From positions 512,001 to 576,000 of the forward strand of contig CM000155.2 in the NCBI GenBank assembly GCA_000004695.1: a stretch of 64,000 nucleotides of DNA, in the 5' to 3' direction. The position numbers and the translations under genes are program-made. The stretch is from Dictyostelium discoideum. Taxonomy: Eukaryota. Position 1 is the stretch's first letter; each line of letters opens with the position of its first letter. Below are positions 61,500 to 64,000 of this stretch, piece after piece. The notes beneath the pieces are model-generated. The model worked only from the letters and a program-made list of their open reading frames with translations. It searched no databases and had not been told where the DNA came from.

Positions 61500-62513
61500 A
61501 AATGGATATTAGCTATAATAAATATTGTTCTGAACAATTAAGATTAATTTCAGATTTTGATAAAATTCAAGAAATATTTGAAATTGTTTTAAAAAATCGT
61601 GCCTGAAATCAAGGTACCCAGGATAATAAAAAAATTTTAAAATTTTAGATAATGTTTATTCACATGGTAAAAATTCAATAATTTTATTAGAAACATTATT
61701 GAACAAATTAGAAATAAATGGAAGCCTAATGAAAAAGTAATTGAAATATTTCATTCAGATGCATCAGTAAATGATTTTTCAAAATTATTTAATTAAGTTT
61801 ATCATTTAAATTCATATTTGAATAAAATCAATAATATTTTTACATATGGTATTGGTAATGAATATGAAAATCAATTAGTACCAGATAATTCAATTGATTT
61901 TATATTTTCATTTTCAACTTTACATTGGGTACCAATTTTAAGTGAATATAAATCATTTGAAGGTTCATTATATATACCAATTACAGATTGTTTATCAGGT
62001 TTTGAAAATTATTATAAAGAAAGATTATTAAATGTATTAAAAATCGTTATTATTAATTAAAAGTCGGTGGTATTTTTTCATGTAATATTTTAATTCAAGA
62101 AGATCAAGGTAGTGAAAATGAAGAAAAAAGTAAATCTATTTATTATTCTATGATAAAAGTTAAAAATATTCTAAGAGAAATGAGTTATGAATCAATTTTA
62201 TCAAGAAAAGAAGTTGAAATGAATATCAATATACAATTGACAAATCAACAAATAATACTGGTCTAAAATTAATTTATGAAAATAGAAAAACTTCTAATTG
62301 GGCTGATAGTGATCAAGATGACGAATCTTATATTGGCTCAATTATTTCAGTTGCTGGTATATTCTTTAAAAATGCTATTAGGTGTGATAAGAATAGAGTT
62401 GATTCAATATTAGATGATTTTGTACAACGTCTACATTTAAAATACAAATTAAATCCGAATGATTTCCAATTTCATCTTTGTAATTTATATTTATCATTTT
62501 TAAAAGAAAATTA
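61500..62513 (+). pseudogene. SABATH-like methyltransferase pseudogene with multiple stops and frameshifts
   Basis: MDISYNKYCSEQLRLISDFDKIQEIFEIVLKNRA*NQGTQDNKK... It runs co-linear to 59564..60610 but the frame is broken many times. Confidence 0.65.
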
Positions 62514-63205
62514 AATAAATTATTAAAAAAAATTATTATTTTTATTATTATAATAATTTTTTTTTTTAAAATATATTTATATTTATCATTTTTAAAAGAA
62601 AATTAAAAAAAAAAGTGAATAAATAAATTTTACAAAATAAATTATTTATTAATTTTAAAACAGAAAATATTTTTCCTTTTTTAGTTTTTTCTTTTTTAAT
62701 TTTATTTTATTTATTTTTTATATCTTTCAAATTAAAACTATTCAAACGATGGCTTGAATAAATTTTTTATCAAAATAAAAAAATCACTAAATCTTTTGAA
62801 CATGACATCATAAATTATGTTATAAAACAAAAGAAATAAAAATTAAAATAAATAAATTGGTACCACTATATAATTAAAAATAAATTTTTTTTTTTTTATA
62901 TTCTTTCATTTTTTTTTTAACCACACCACCTTTATTGAATATGTAACTGCTTTTTTAAATATGTAACTGCTTTTTTAATTGAGAAGTTTGGGAAAACTTA
63001 AGGGGTTAAAAAAAAAAAAAAAAAAAAAAAAAACTTCTGTGTATTAAAAATATGTATAAAACATTTTTACATAAAAATTTGATTTGCTTTTTGTATTTTT
63101 GTAAACTTTTTTCAATATTCCATACAATTATTTTTAAAAATATTTTCATAGCACAATTAAATTTATTTCCAAAAGTTAATTTTAGTTTCAATTTTTTATT
63201 TTAAA

Positions 63206-64000
63206 ATGGATAATAATTATAATAAATATTGTTCTGGACAATTAAGATTAATTTCAGATTTTGATAAAATTCAAGAAATATTTGAAATTGTTTTAAAAAA
63301 TCATGTTAGTAATCAAGGTACCCAAGATAATAATAATATTAAAATTTTAGATATTGGTTGTTCACATGGTAAAAATTCAATAATTGTTTTAAAACCATTA
63401 ATTGAACAAATTAGAAATAAATGGAAGCCAAATGAAAAAGTAATTGAAATATTTCATTCAGATTTACCAATAAATGATTTTTCAAAATTTTTTAATGAAG
63501 TTTATCATTTAAATTCATATTCAAATAAAATAAATAATATTTTTACATATGGTATTGGTAATGGATATGAAAATCAATTAGTACCAGATAATTCAATTGA
63601 TTTTATATTTTCATTTACAACTCTACACTGGGTACCATTATTAAATGAATATAAATCATTTGAAGGTTCATTATTAAATATTTCAATTACAGATCGTTTA
63701 CCAGGTTTTGAAAATTATTATAAAGAAAGATTATTAAATGTTTTGCATCATCGTTATAATGAATTAAAAGTCGGTGGTATTTTTTCATTTAATCTTTTCA
63801 TTCAAGAAGATCAAGATAGTGAAAATGAAGAAAAAAGTAAATCAATGAAAAATTGTACGAAAAAAATTAAAGAAATTCTTAGAGAAATGAGTTATGAATC
63901 AATTTTATCAAGAGAAGAAGTTGAAAATATGATTGTTCCAGCCATAATTTTTACTAGAGATGAATATCAATATGCAATTGATAAATCAACTAATAATACT
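63206..64000 (+). CDS. SABATH-like methyltransferase, apparently intact but partial because it runs off the window end
   Basis: MDNNYNKYCSGQLRLISDF...ILDIGCSHGKNS...LHWVPLL...LHHRYNELKVGGIFSFNLFIQEDQDSENEEKSKSMKNCTKKIKEILREM. The frame is open to position 64000. Nearly identical to pseudogene 16420..17465. Confidence 0.65.
   Translation, partial: MDNNYNKYCSGQLRLISDFDKIQEIFEIVLKNHVSNQGTQDNNNIKILDIGCSHGKNSIIVLKPLIEQIRNKWKPNEKVIEIFHSDLPINDFSKFFNEVYHLNSYSNKINNIFTYGIGNGYENQLVPDNSIDFIFSFTTLHWVPLLNEYKSFEGSLLNISITDRLPGFENYYKERLLNVLHHRYNELKVGGIFSFNLFIQEDQDSENEEKSKSMKNCTKKIKEILREMSYESILSREEVENMIVPAIIFTRDEYQYAIDKSTNNT

Overview
The window is AT-rich (~78%) eukaryotic nuclear DNA with the hallmarks of a dictyostelid social amoeba, most likely Dictyostelium. 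The hallmarks are coding (CAA)n poly-Q and (AAT)n poly-N tracts, very long A/T homopolymers, and short AT-rich introns with GTAAGT...AG boundaries. All gene models were built by hand from the ORF track and splice motifs, because no tools were available.

What the window contains:
- A head-to-tail paralogous pair at 0.9-6.1 kb. The first member is a poly-Q coiled-coil protein. The second is a long protein built from TPR-like repeats.
- A PH-domain gene at about 7.5-8.3 kb and an N/Q-rich gene at about 9.7-11.4 kb.
- A tandemly amplified family of F-box-like/LRR proteins at 11.7-23.5 kb in birth-and-death state. Two members are intact, one is truncated, and there are at least six decayed fragments.
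- A SAM-dependent SABATH-like methyltransferase family interleaved with that array: two pseudogenes, one truncated copy, one intact copy and one partial copy at the window edge.
- An intact hexapeptide O-acetyltransferase gene at 21.3 kb and a decayed duplicate at 23.7 kb.
- Two near-identical tandem ~7.7 kb genes (~9.45 kb spacing) encoding highly reducing type I polyketide synthases (KS-AT-DH-cMT-ER-KR-ACP). Each has one short 5' intron. They lie at 24.4-32.1 kb and 33.9-41.6 kb on the minus strand.
- Conserved housekeeping genes: a GRWD1/Rrb1 WD40 homolog, a type I DnaJ with a 9-nt first exon, and a four-exon EXO1 whose first intron is almost pure (TAA)n.
- Two Cys-rich secreted proteins with signal peptides and GPI-signal-like tails (52.7-55.6 kb) and one further secreted protein (57.3 kb).
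- A GC-rich 220-bp calnexin gene fragment embedded in AT-rich DNA at 61.3 kb.

The most notable feature is the apparent secondary-metabolite neighbourhood: duplicated PKS genes flanked by methyltransferases and an acetyltransferase, wrapped in the amplifying F-box/LRR array.
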